64,000 nt of DNA from a virus (taxonomy: Duplodnaviria; Caudoviricetes). Below the pieces are notes generated by a model, which saw nothing but the letters and a program-made list of their open reading frames with translations, did not search any database and was not told the DNA's origin. The stretch lies in IMG/VR virus record IMGVR_UViG_3300032050_000002; one strand, written 5' to 3'. Every line of letters starts with the position of its first letter. The stretch's first letter is position 1. The position numbers and the translations under genes were made by a program. Shown in pieces: positions 1-8,033 of this stretch.

Positions 1-2
1 AT

Positions 3-488
3 ATGACACTAGAACAACATTTTAAAAATTATACCAAAAATAATCCGAATAGTGAAATCACATTATTCGATTGGAAAGATTGGTTTGGAAATAGATTGAA
101 AATTAATAAAAAATATATGGAAAACACACAGACAAAAATTGATTTTTTAAAATCAAAGGGATGGAAAAATTTAACAAAACAAGGAAATTGGGTTGATACA
201 AACAAAGTATATACAATTCCTGACATCAAAGGAATTACATTAGAAGACGCTTACAACCACGTTAAGAACAACGAAGAAAAATATAGATTTGCAAAACCTG
301 TATTGTCAAAGGTTATCATAAAAGAGAATGGAAAAGAGATAACAGGAGAAGTGGTTCAGAAAGTTATCCAATGCACAATGGACGGAATAATGTTTTTACA
401 ATATGTAATTAAGTCTGAACAAGGGGTTCATATTAGAAACGAAAACGAATTTGAAGTTATTTTATCCCAAGAGTTAAATTACAATTAA
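3..488 (+). CDS. Hypothetical phage protein
   Basis: 161-aa ORF, no recognised motif. Confidence 0.6.
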   Translation: MTLEQHFKNYTKNNPNSEITLFDWKDWFGNRLKINKKYMENTQTKIDFLKSKGWKNLTKQGNWVDTNKVYTIPDIKGITLEDAYNHVKNNEEKYRFAKPVLSKVIIKENGKEITGEVVQKVIQCTMDGIMFLQYVIKSEQGVHIRNENEFEVILSQELNYN

Positions 489-506
489 TTTTATTATCTT
501 TGTATT

Positions 507-1778
507 GTGATTACAGAGAAACTAAAACAAATACCCAAATTTCCGGGTTGTTATCTATTCAAAGATGACAAAGACCAAATAATATATGTTGGGATGTCAA
601 AGTTCTTACCAAAGAGGGTGACATCCTATTTCCAAAAAAATCACGATAACGAAAAAACAAAGTATCTTGTTGAACAGATAACTGATGTTGACTTTGTTAT
701 TACTTCTTCTGAACAAGAGGCAATTCTAATGGAGGAAGAACTTATAAAGATATATAAACCAAAGTTTAATATCAAAGGTAAGGATGATAAATCAAGGAAA
801 TGGTCGATTTGTTTAACTGATGAAAGATATCCAAGACTTGAGATTGTTAGAAACAAAACTAATGATTCGCCAAGTCTTGACTTCACCAGTGGTTTTCTAT
901 GTAGAGAGGTGTTTAATCTTATTCACGATATTGTTGAACTAAGAACCTGTTCGTATGAATTATCTGAGAAAAACATTGAAGAAAGTAAAATCAAACCTTG
1001 TCTTGAATTACAAATGAAAAGGTGTTTAGGTCCTTGTAATGGTGATATAACAGAACTATTATACAAATCAAAGATACTAATTGTAAAACAAATCTTTGAA
1101 CTTAATATCGATTCTGTTAAAAAAGGTATGGTAAAAACAATGAAGTATTTTGCCGATACTATGGAATACGAGAAGGCAAATGATATTAAAGTTAGAATGG
1201 AATATCTTAAAACTCTTGAAACAAAGTTAGAAACAATTAGGATAAGAAAATCAAACAAAAAAGCATTTGAACTTAAAAAACTATTGGGGCTTAACTTTAT
1301 TCCAAATATCATTGAAGCGTTTGATAACTCACATAATCAGGGCGATTCTAATGTTGCTGCTTCAGTTAGGTTTGTAAACGGAATACCAAACAAAAGTGAT
1401 TATAGAAAATATAATATCAAAAGTTTTACCGGTGTAGATGACTACGCGTCCTTTGATGAGGTATTAACAAGAAGGTTTAAAAGATTAATTGAAGAGAAAG
1501 GACAACTACCAAACCTGGTATTAATTGATGGTGGAAAAGGACAACTAAATGTTGCAAAGAAAGTATTTGATGAACTTGGATTAACTGATAAGATTGATTT
1601 AATATCGGTGTCAAAAGATGACAATCATAAATCATCCATAATACATACAACAAATGGTAAAACTTATAGTATATTGAGTAATACTAATTATAGTTTGTTA
1701 GGAAAGGTTCAAGAAGAGGTTCACAGGTTTGCGATTAACTTCCACAGAAAAAAAGAAAGTAAAAAGATTTTTTTATGA
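507..1778 (+). CDS. uvrC: Excinuclease ABC subunit C-like (GIY-YIG + UVR + RNase H-like), no C-terminal HhH domain
   Basis: PGCYLF...IIYVGMSK (GIY-YIG), MEYEKA (UVR), EAFDNSH...DDYASF.EVL.RRF...LVLIDGGKGQL; ends at RFAINFHRKK, where UvrC normally continues into HhH. GTG start 4 nt after TATCTTTG. Confidence 0.9.
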   Translation: MITEKLKQIPKFPGCYLFKDDKDQIIYVGMSKFLPKRVTSYFQKNHDNEKTKYLVEQITDVDFVITSSEQEAILMEEELIKIYKPKFNIKGKDDKSRKWSICLTDERYPRLEIVRNKTNDSPSLDFTSGFLCREVFNLIHDIVELRTCSYELSEKNIEESKIKPCLELQMKRCLGPCNGDITELLYKSKILIVKQIFELNIDSVKKGMVKTMKYFADTMEYEKANDIKVRMEYLKTLETKLETIRIRKSNKKAFELKKLLGLNFIPNIIEAFDNSHNQGDSNVAASVRFVNGIPNKSDYRKYNIKSFTGVDDYASFDEVLTRRFKRLIEEKGQLPNLVLIDGGKGQLNVAKKVFDELGLTDKIDLISVSKDDNHKSSIIHTTNGKTYSILSNTNYSLLGKVQEEVHRFAINFHRKKESKKIFL

Positions 1779-1803
1779 GAAAATAATTTCGTATCTTTGT
1801 ATT

Positions 1804-2025
1804 ATGAAATCAATATATAAATACTACATATATTCCATAGTGGATATAGTTCAATTAATGGTCTTTTTAAAATTATCATATTTGAAATTTTTAAATGGAG
1901 AAACTGCAATGTTCTCGGTGTGGTTCATATTATTTGTTATGAATCTAAATGAGATGGTTACTAAAGGTAGAAACTTTAGAAAATACTACCCTTACTTTGA
2001 AGACAAATGGTTATACATATTCTAA
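1804..2025 (+). CDS. Small hydrophobic hypothetical protein (true start probably 1804)
   Basis: ATG 4 nt after TATCTTTG (1792-1799); hydrophobic. Confidence 0.55.
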   Translation: MKSIYKYYIYSIVDIVQLMVFLKLSYLKFLNGETAMFSVWFILFVMNLNEMVTKGRNFRKYYPYFEDKWLYIF

Positions 2026-2510
2026 ACAATGGAAAGAGAAATTGAATTTAAAGAAGTCTTTGAACAGATGTGCGAAACATTCAAAGAAATTGGGTATGTC
2101 AACGGAGACATATCTGATGTTGGAAACGAAATTGGTTTTGCCTTAGGAAAAGTATTACCAAACCTGACAGAAGAAGAGATGAAAGTATTCATATTTGGAA
2201 TTAAACACGGAATATCATTAACAAACGGAACACATTAACTATGGGAAAAATAATTTTAGAATTTGACAGTGTAGAAGAATCTCAAGACGCAAGGGTTGCG
2301 TTAGATGCGATGAAATGGAAAATGGCGATTTGGGATTTAGACCAAGAATTACGAAGTACGGTAAAGTATGAGAAATCTTTATTAAGTCACGATGGTAAGG
2401 CAACCGATGTTGAAATTGAGATTGCAGATAAACTGAGAGAAAAGATTAGAGAGATATTAGAAGGGTATCAACTCAATATTGAAATGTAAACATAAATAAA
2501 AAAAAGAAAA

Positions 2511-2960
2511 ATGAAAAAGTTAGTATTATTAGCGGGAGTTGTATCAACATTGTTATTAACAAGTTGTTCAGAGAATTATTCAAACGGTGAAAGAATTGGT
2601 GTTATCACACAATTCTCAGAAACAGGTTTGGTTTGGAAAAGTTGGGAATGTCACTTAAACACAACCCAAAGTGGGATGAATAGTTCAATACCTTTTGACG
2701 CATCAATTGATAACGATAATCCAAACGAAGAGGTGATTAAAACACTTGACTCGGCGGCTCAATATGGATGGAAGGTTAAACTTGTATACCACGAAGTAGC
2801 TGGTTTTAATTGGTTCGGTAACAGGGGTGAGACAAATCACTTTATCAATAAGGTTGAGGTATTGGAAAAAAACTTTGCCAACAATTTTACAAAAAATGAA
2901 CCAAAAGTTACAGGAAGAGTTATTGATACAATATACGTTGTGATTGATAGAACAAAATAA
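2511..2960 (+). CDS. Putative lipoprotein
   Basis: MKK + hydrophobic stretch + LLTSC lipobox. Confidence 0.7.
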   Translation: MKKLVLLAGVVSTLLLTSCSENYSNGERIGVITQFSETGLVWKSWECHLNTTQSGMNSSIPFDASIDNDNPNEEVIKTLDSAAQYGWKVKLVYHEVAGFNWFGNRGETNHFINKVEVLEKNFANNFTKNEPKVTGRVIDTIYVVIDRTK

Positions 2961-2961
2961 T

Positions 2962-2993
2962 TTTGGTAGATTCAAAATTAAATTGTATCTTTG
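2962..2993 (+). promoter_or_regulatory. Bacteroidota sigma70-type promoter TTTG-N20-TATCTTTG, ATG 4 nt downstream (2998)
   Basis: TTTG 2962-2965, TATCTTTG 2986-2993; matches the -33/-7 consensus. Confidence 0.85.
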
Positions 2994-2997
2994 TATT

Positions 2998-3402
2998 ATG
3001 AAAAATGAATTTATAACATATGAACAAGCGGTGGCTCTTAAAGAGTTAGGTTTTGATGAAAGATGTTTTGGACACTATAATCCAAATGGTGTATTCTTTT
3101 GGAAGATTCTATGTTCAGACGAAGACAATGACCATACATTATCAGTTAAAGATATTATGGAACACGTTGCTGACGGTTATGTTGAAGCACCGCTCTATCA
3201 ACAAGCATTGAAATTTTTAAGGTATAATAATAAATACAGATTTTATATAATACCTTGTAGTCAAAACAAAAAACATCTATTTGAAATAACATTACCTTCA
3301 AGTATTGTATATACGACCATAGATGAACATGCTTATGATACTTACGAAGAAGCTGAGAGAGATTTATTGGATAAATTAATTGAAATAATAAAAAACAAAT
3401 AA
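2998..3402 (+). CDS. Hypothetical phage protein (EFITYEQAVALKELGFDE type)
   Basis: Leaderless ATG at 2998 inside track ORF 2944..3402. Confidence 0.65.
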   Translation: MKNEFITYEQAVALKELGFDERCFGHYNPNGVFFWKILCSDEDNDHTLSVKDIMEHVADGYVEAPLYQQALKFLRYNNKYRFYIIPCSQNKKHLFEITLPSSIVYTTIDEHAYDTYEEAERDLLDKLIEIIKNK

Positions 3403-3728
3403 TATGAAACCAAAAATAGGTGATAAAATAATGGTTAAAACCAAACTTGATGGAGAAAAACTTTGTGAAATTGATTGGTTTGATGATAAAAAAATACATT
3501 TTAAGAATAAAAGTAATTTTGGCATGACTGTAAATTCTGATAGAGTTATATACACGAATAACTCTTTGAGAGGTGCTAATTTTATTTACACAAGTTTCAA
3601 CTAAAACAAATAAAAAATGTTTGATATACCAGAGCCACCAAATGGTAAAAATAATGGTCTTATTATGATAATTTGGTTTATTTTTGTGACATTGATTATC
3701 ACTATGTTTATCACATCATTAAATTAAA

Positions 3729-3760
3729 TTTGGCAGATTCAAAATAATTTCGTATCTTTG
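3729..3760 (+). promoter_or_regulatory. Bacteroidota-type promoter TTTG-N20-TATCTTTG
   Basis: TTTG 3729-3732, TATCTTTG 3753-3760, ATG 3765. Confidence 0.85.
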
Positions 3761-3764
3761 TATT

Positions 3765-4442
3765 ATGAAAATTTGGCACATATCCGACACACATACATTC
3801 CACGGGTTATTAACAATACCTGAAAACATCGATATGGTTATCCATAGTGGTGACGTTAGTAACCCCCAAAATCAGTATCTAAACAAACCTGAAGTTGAGA
3901 ACTTCATCTATTGGTTCAGTAAGTTACCTATCAAATATAAAGTGTTTGTTGCGGGTAATCACGATACATCTATTGAAAAGAAACTAATAAACAAGATGGA
4001 TTTCGAGTCCAACGGTATTACCTATTTGGAAAATGATTTTGTTGAGATAGAAGGTCTTAAAATTTGGGGTTCACCAATAACTCCAACATTTGGAACAGGT
4101 TGGGCATTTAACAAAAATCGGGCAAAGACTCACGAAGTTTGGGCAAAGATTCCTGATGGAACTGACATTGTTGTTACTCACGGTCCTCCAAAAGGTGTGT
4201 TGGATTTATCTTATGATAGACTGAATCAATTGGAATTTTGTGGTGATAATTCTTTAAAAAAGAAAATGTTATCTTTAAATCCAAAGTTAGTTTGTTTCGG
4301 ACACATCCATAACTGTGAAGATATTATAAACGCTGGAACAATGAAACTATCTGTAAGTGATACCATATATAGTAATGGTAGTGTTGTTACCGATGGTAAG
4401 TTTGGTAAGTTAAGTAGTAATGGTAATGTATTTGAGATATGA
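3765..4442 (+). CDS. Calcineurin-like metallophosphoesterase
   Basis: HISDTH, HSGD, AGNHD, VTHGPP, FGHIH motifs. Confidence 0.9.
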   Translation: MKIWHISDTHTFHGLLTIPENIDMVIHSGDVSNPQNQYLNKPEVENFIYWFSKLPIKYKVFVAGNHDTSIEKKLINKMDFESNGITYLENDFVEIEGLKIWGSPITPTFGTGWAFNKNRAKTHEVWAKIPDGTDIVVTHGPPKGVLDLSYDRLNQLEFCGDNSLKKKMLSLNPKLVCFGHIHNCEDIINAGTMKLSVSDTIYSNGSVVTDGKFGKLSSNGNVFEI

Positions 4443-4857
4443 AATACAAAGATAAAACAAGAAAATATGAACTACAATAACATTATTATTGATTTCTTTA
4501 CTGGAATGAGAGGAATTCATGATTTATTTGAATCTATATATGAAGGATTATATGGTGGTGTTCAACGATATAAGGTAGAACCAAATGAAGGTATCTTTGA
4601 TAAAGATTTCTTAATAAAATTTATTAAGATAAATCAAGGTAATAATGATTTTGATTATGAACTTGGTAGAATTGGTTATAGATTTCTAACTTCAAATGAA
4701 GGGTTAAAAGAATTATCAAAATTCTACTTGAACGAGTTAAAAACATATAAACATGAATATGTATCAACTGAAGTTATTGAAAATTGTAAGAAATCGTTAA
4801 TTAATATAATAAACACATAATTTTAATTTTTTAAGAAGGGTGGTAAATTTTTATTGT

Positions 4858-4911
4858 ATATAACGTCTGATGATAAACAATCGTTTTAATGTTGTTTATC
4901 ATTTGTTATAT
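4858..4911 (+). mobile_element. attC-like site A
   Basis: ATATAAC-gtctg-ATGATAAACAA-loop-TTGTTTATCAT-tt-GTTATAT; 48 bp near-identical to site D. Confidence 0.75.
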
Positions 4912-4935
4912 GAATGTAAATTAAAATTTGAAAAT

Positions 4936-5205
4936 ATGAGTAATATAGGTAGAATAATAAAAAATGGCTATTGTAATGGTTTCTTTGGGCGAGATTATGA
5001 TTTTCATAATTCTGTAATCATTGCTGAGGGAGATGAATACATTGTTATTAGAAAAGAAAATGGTATTGTTGAATTTGGTAATCTTCAATCTTGGGACTGG
5101 AATAGAAATGATGATGGAACTTTATCATATGGGATTTCTAATTTACAATGTATGAGTAGAGAAAAGAAACAAGAACTAATTGATAGTTGGTGTGGAGAAT
5201 TTTAA
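4936..5205 (+). CDS. Cassette 1 ORF, hypothetical (frame also open from ATG 4870 inside attC A)
   Basis: Cassette ends GTTATATGAA (4905-4914) and TTCATATAAC (5211-5220) are exact reverse complements. Confidence 0.65.
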   Translation: MSNIGRIIKNGYCNGFFGRDYDFHNSVIIAEGDEYIVIRKENGIVEFGNLQSWDWNRNDDGTLSYGISNLQCMSREKKQELIDSWCGEF

Positions 5206-5213
5206 TTTATTTC

Positions 5214-5308
5214 ATATAACGTTTTGCGTATATGCGAGGTACGCCAAACAATAAACTTAAATATTTGTAAACCGCTTCGTGGCGTATCTTGCATATACGC
5301 TGTTAGGC
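5214..5308 (+). mobile_element. attC-like site B
   Basis: TAAC-gtttt-GCGTATATGCGAGGTACGCCA...TGGCGTATCTTGCATATACGC-t-GTTAGGC imperfect palindrome. Confidence 0.75.
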
Positions 5309-5323
5309 ACAGTTGTTTTAATT

Positions 5324-5533
5324 ATGACAAAATTCGATAACGGTTTTATTCTTTCAACCGATGAACTGAAAGAATTGCTTGAAAAAGCGTTTAGTAATGG
5401 TGCTTTATCTCACGCTAAATGGGATGGACAAAGAGATACTTGTTGGTCAAATGTTAATGAAGATATGAAAGAAGAAGTTTCAGTAATTCTTTCTGACCTT
5501 AACAGTAAGGTGGTCACTAACAATTGTGCCTAA
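5324..5533 (+). CDS. Cassette 2 ORF, hypothetical
   Basis: Stop TAA overlaps R'' (gccTAAc); ends GTTAGGCACAGTTG / CAATTGTGCCTAAC are 13/14 complementary. Confidence 0.65.
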   Translation: MTKFDNGFILSTDELKELLEKAFSNGALSHAKWDGQRDTCWSNVNEDMKEEVSVILSDLNSKVVTNNCA

Positions 5534-5668
5534 CTATTACAGATATATTTAGGTTTTCTGATATTTATATATAAAATAAAATTATGAGCAAAGAAATGAG
5601 AAAATACATAGACACTTTCAAACAGAGACTAACTGAATCAGAAAACTTGAATATATCTGATGTTAGTG
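5528..5668 (+). mobile_element. attC-like site C with TATTTAT motif, ATG and leader peptide inside its loop
   Basis: Arms CAGATATATTTAGGTTTTCTGAT (5540-5562) / ATCAGAAAACTTGAATATATCTG (5637-5659), flanked by CCTAAC and GTTAGTG. Confidence 0.75.
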
Positions 5669-5871
5669 ATAGTAATCAATTCAAAGTAGGGGATAAAGTT
5701 ATAAAAAACGAAGAAACTTGGGAACCAAATGATTTTGATAGTTGGGGAAGAGGAATTGGTGTGGGAATTATAGTTGAGCCTCCTTTTGAAATGGATGAAG
5801 GTGAAGTTGATGTAAGATGGCCTAATGGTAGAAGTTTTGAATTCACACACCAATTACGAAAGGTGAATTGA
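5584..5871 (+). CDS. Fusion ORF: attC-encoded leader (aa 1-26) + cassette 3 domain
   Basis: Codon 27 is the GTT recombination triplet (5662); cassette ends 5662-5682 / 5865-5885 are 20/21 complementary. Confidence 0.7.
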   Translation: MSKEMRKYIDTFKQRLTESENLNISDVSDSNQFKVGDKVIKNEETWEPNDFDSWGRGIGVGIIVEPPFEMDEGEVDVRWPNGRSFEFTHQLRKVN

Positions 5872-5878
5872 TTATTAT

Positions 5879-5932
5879 CACTAACGTCCGATGATAAACA
5901 ATCGTTTTAATGTTGTTTATCATTTGTTAGGT
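5879..5932 (+). mobile_element. attC-like site D
   Basis: CACTAAC-gtccg-ATGATAAACAA...TTGTTTATCAT-tt-GTTAGGT; copy of site A. Confidence 0.75.
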
Positions 5933-5990
5933 TTAGTTAAATTATTGTTTTACGAATGAAAAAAACAGATTATTACGAAATTTATATTTA

Positions 5991-6020
5991 AAACCTGAAA
6001 TAATTTTTCAGGTTTTTTTT
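5991..6020 (+). terminator. Intrinsic terminator closing the cassette region
   Basis: AAACCTGAAA-loop-TTTCAGGTTT + T run. Confidence 0.75.
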
Positions 6021-6053
6021 GTTTAATTCAAATTAATTTTGTATCTTTGTATT

Positions 6054-6698
6054 ATGGAAACCGATAAAAAGACATATAATAAAGAGATTGATGAGGCGGT
6101 TGAACGTGTTAACAACGGTCAGTTTGTATCAAATGAAGAAGTTATGAAAGAGATTGATGAATTGTTTGTTAAACCGGTAATCTTCCTCGACCACGATGGT
6201 GTCATCTGCCTTTCAACGGAATGGGGTTCTCGTTTCAAAAATAAAGAAGGATTGGACTCTGTATTTGACCGATTTAATGATAAAGCGATTAAGGTATTAA
6301 ATCAGATTATTGAAGAAACAGATTGTGAAATTGTTATTAGTTCGGATTGGCGTTTTCACGCACCATTAGAACAGATGCAAGAACTTTATCGTATTCGTGG
6401 AGTTAAGAAAGTTCCGATTGATTATACCACAACTGGTTTAGATTGGAAACAATTTATGACTATAACACCAAATAATGAACTTGAAGCAACACGTAGTTTT
6501 GAGATTTTAAATTGGTTGGAGGCACATCCCGATGTTACAAAGTGGGTTGCGGTTGATGATTTGAATATGAAGGAACAATACGGTGGTATCGATGGAAACT
6601 ATAAATATGGTTTAACAAACTTTGTTCATACTCCCCGTTCAAAAGAAGGTATTAAACAATCAGGAGTCAAAGAAAAGATAATTAAGTTTTTAAAATAA
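6054..6698 (+). CDS. HAD-superfamily protein (phage RNA-repair/Swiss-Army-knife HAD type)
   Basis: IFLDHDGV, IVISSDWR, WVAVDDL; leaderless ATG 6054 after TTTG(6018)-N20-TATCTTTG(6042). Confidence 0.75.
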   Translation: METDKKTYNKEIDEAVERVNNGQFVSNEEVMKEIDELFVKPVIFLDHDGVICLSTEWGSRFKNKEGLDSVFDRFNDKAIKVLNQIIEETDCEIVISSDWRFHAPLEQMQELYRIRGVKKVPIDYTTTGLDWKQFMTITPNNELEATRSFEILNWLEAHPDVTKWVAVDDLNMKEQYGGIDGNYKYGLTNFVHTPRSKEGIKQSGVKEKIIKFLK

Positions 6699-6730
6699 TT
6701 TGGTAAATTAAAGAAGATTTTGTATCTTTG
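6699..6730 (+). promoter_or_regulatory. Bacteroidota-type promoter driving the non-coding RNA cluster
   Basis: TTTG 6699-6702, TATCTTTG 6723-6730; followed by GTTCTTTG rather than ATG. Confidence 0.8.
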
Positions 6731-6840
6731 TATTGTTCTTTGAAAGATTTATTGTGTTGTTCCCTTGAGAAAGGAAGTGCATTACCAGTAGAGGAATCAA
6801 GTTGTGCTCTACCAACACAGAGGACTTCTCACCCTCAAAT

Positions 6841-6967
6841 AGTCAGGTGACATTTGGTGTCATTAGTGTGGGAATGAATGTATACGACTGTCAAGTCAGT
6901 GACGTAACTGGCCAAATCCTACTACGGGTAGTATACGGCTAAACAGGTTCGAATCCTGTCCTGACTA
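6841..6967 (+). ncRNA. tRNA-like RNA 1 (127 nt), expanded anticodon domain
   Basis: AGTCAGG/CCTGACT acceptor, T-arm ACAGG-TTCGAAT-CCTGT, TTAGT/GCTAA stem around a large insert. Confidence 0.7.
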
Positions 6968-7182
6968 CAATGAGTAAGAGATACTCATTGGTCTTTGGTC
7001 AATAGATGGTTAAACAGGACTCGCTAAAATCTGGACAGCGAAAATGCCAGTTCGTAGGGCTCAAGGCGGCAATCACACCCTCTCCTACGTTGTGTGACTT
7101 TTTTAATAGGGGATGCCCTGTAGGTTTCATCAATAGGAAAAAACCGAAATAACTACTCACCGAATCTCAAGTGGGGAAATAT

Positions 7183-7308
7183 AGTCAGGTGGCGGAATTG
7201 GTAGACGCTAGAGCTGGAGTTAGGTCACACGCATTTGGGTTCGAGTCCCGTTAGTTGGGCCAGCTAGGAGAGCCGTAGACCGTGTGGGTTCAAATCCCAC
7301 CCTGACTA
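7183..7308 (+). ncRNA. tRNA-like RNA 2 (126 nt), Leu-type D arm, internal second T-loop hairpin
   Basis: AGTCAGG TG GCGGAATTGGTAGACGC ... GTGGG-TTCAAAT-CCCAC CCTGACT A. Confidence 0.7.
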
Positions 7309-7415
7309 CTGAATCAGTTTGTCCGTGGGAACGACTTGAAAGAGTCACTGTAATCAAAATCCAATCACTGTCTCACTGGTGTATTGGGCTAAATGTGAGG
7401 AAAAAACGGTCATAT

Positions 7416-7514
7416 AGTCAGGTGGTGTATATGGTAACACCCTTCATTGTAAGGATAAACAAGGTTGATTGTTTATCTGGAAGGACGAAGTCGGTTCGAA
7501 CCCGACCCTGATTA
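7416..7514 (+). ncRNA. tRNA-like RNA 3 (99 nt), hairpin inserted 3' of a possible anticodon (UGU or GUA, ambiguous)
   Basis: AGTCAGG/CCTGATT, D stem GTGT/ACAC, CCTTC/GAAGG stem, T-arm GTCGG-TTCGAAC-CCGAC. Confidence 0.7.
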
Positions 7515-7591
7515 CACTTGGTTTCGGTAGAGTTCCAGAAAGCATAGACTGAACAAAAAACAATCTACCTCGTTGACATAGAAGTGTCGTT

Positions 7592-7726
7592 AGTCAGATG
7601 GCGGAAACGGAAGACGCAACTGTGATGATTTTGCCGGAAGGTGTAACTCCTTTGTCTTAGGACATAAACAATAGCGGGGTTAATCAGTTCTCAATCATCG
7701 TGTGGGTTAGAATCCCACTCTGATTA
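7592..7726 (+). ncRNA. tRNA-like RNA 4 (135 nt)
   Basis: AGTCAGA/TCTGATT (covarying pair 7), GCG..GACGC D arm, GTGGG-TTAGAAT-CCCAC. Confidence 0.65.
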
Positions 7727-7795
7727 CTGAAAATAAAACTCTGGGGTCAGGGTTTTGTTTCGCCGAAAGGTGTTGTTTTCAACGGTTCGAGTCCG

Positions 7796-7908
7796 AGTCA
7801 GGTGGCGGAATGTTAGACGCTTAAGGGTTGGATGGATGTTGCAACTGAAAAACAATGAATATAACCTTGAAAAAATCCATCGTGTGAGTTCAAGTCTCAC
7901 CCTGACTA
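7796..7908 (+). ncRNA. tRNA-like RNA 5 (113 nt)
   Basis: AGTCAGG/CCTGACT, GCGGAATGTTAGACGC, GTGAG-TTCAAGT-CTCAC. Confidence 0.7.
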
Positions 7909-8033
7909 CAATATGATAACAACAATATTAGTATACATTGGGTTTATCCTTTGGTTTTGGGCGGGATATAATGTGGGAAAAAATAACCGAAGATAAATTT
8001 GGTAAATTAAAAATAATTTCGTATCTTTGTATT

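Noticed and set aside
641-1624. Antisense and alternate-frame ORFs in the track (also 26391, 27443, 44955, 48590, 54209, 57228, 58026 etc.)
   Set aside because: They are shadows of well-supported genes on the other strand or frame, with no motifs or promoters.
3545-3555. GTTATATACAC as the start of a cassette ending at attC A
   Set aside because: It is a 10-nt match in AT-rich DNA, 1.3 kb away, with no palindromic arm upstream.
4445-4454. Minus-strand TATCTTTGTA between two plus-strand genes
   Set aside because: Single instance without a clear -33 box or a downstream ORF; may be chance.
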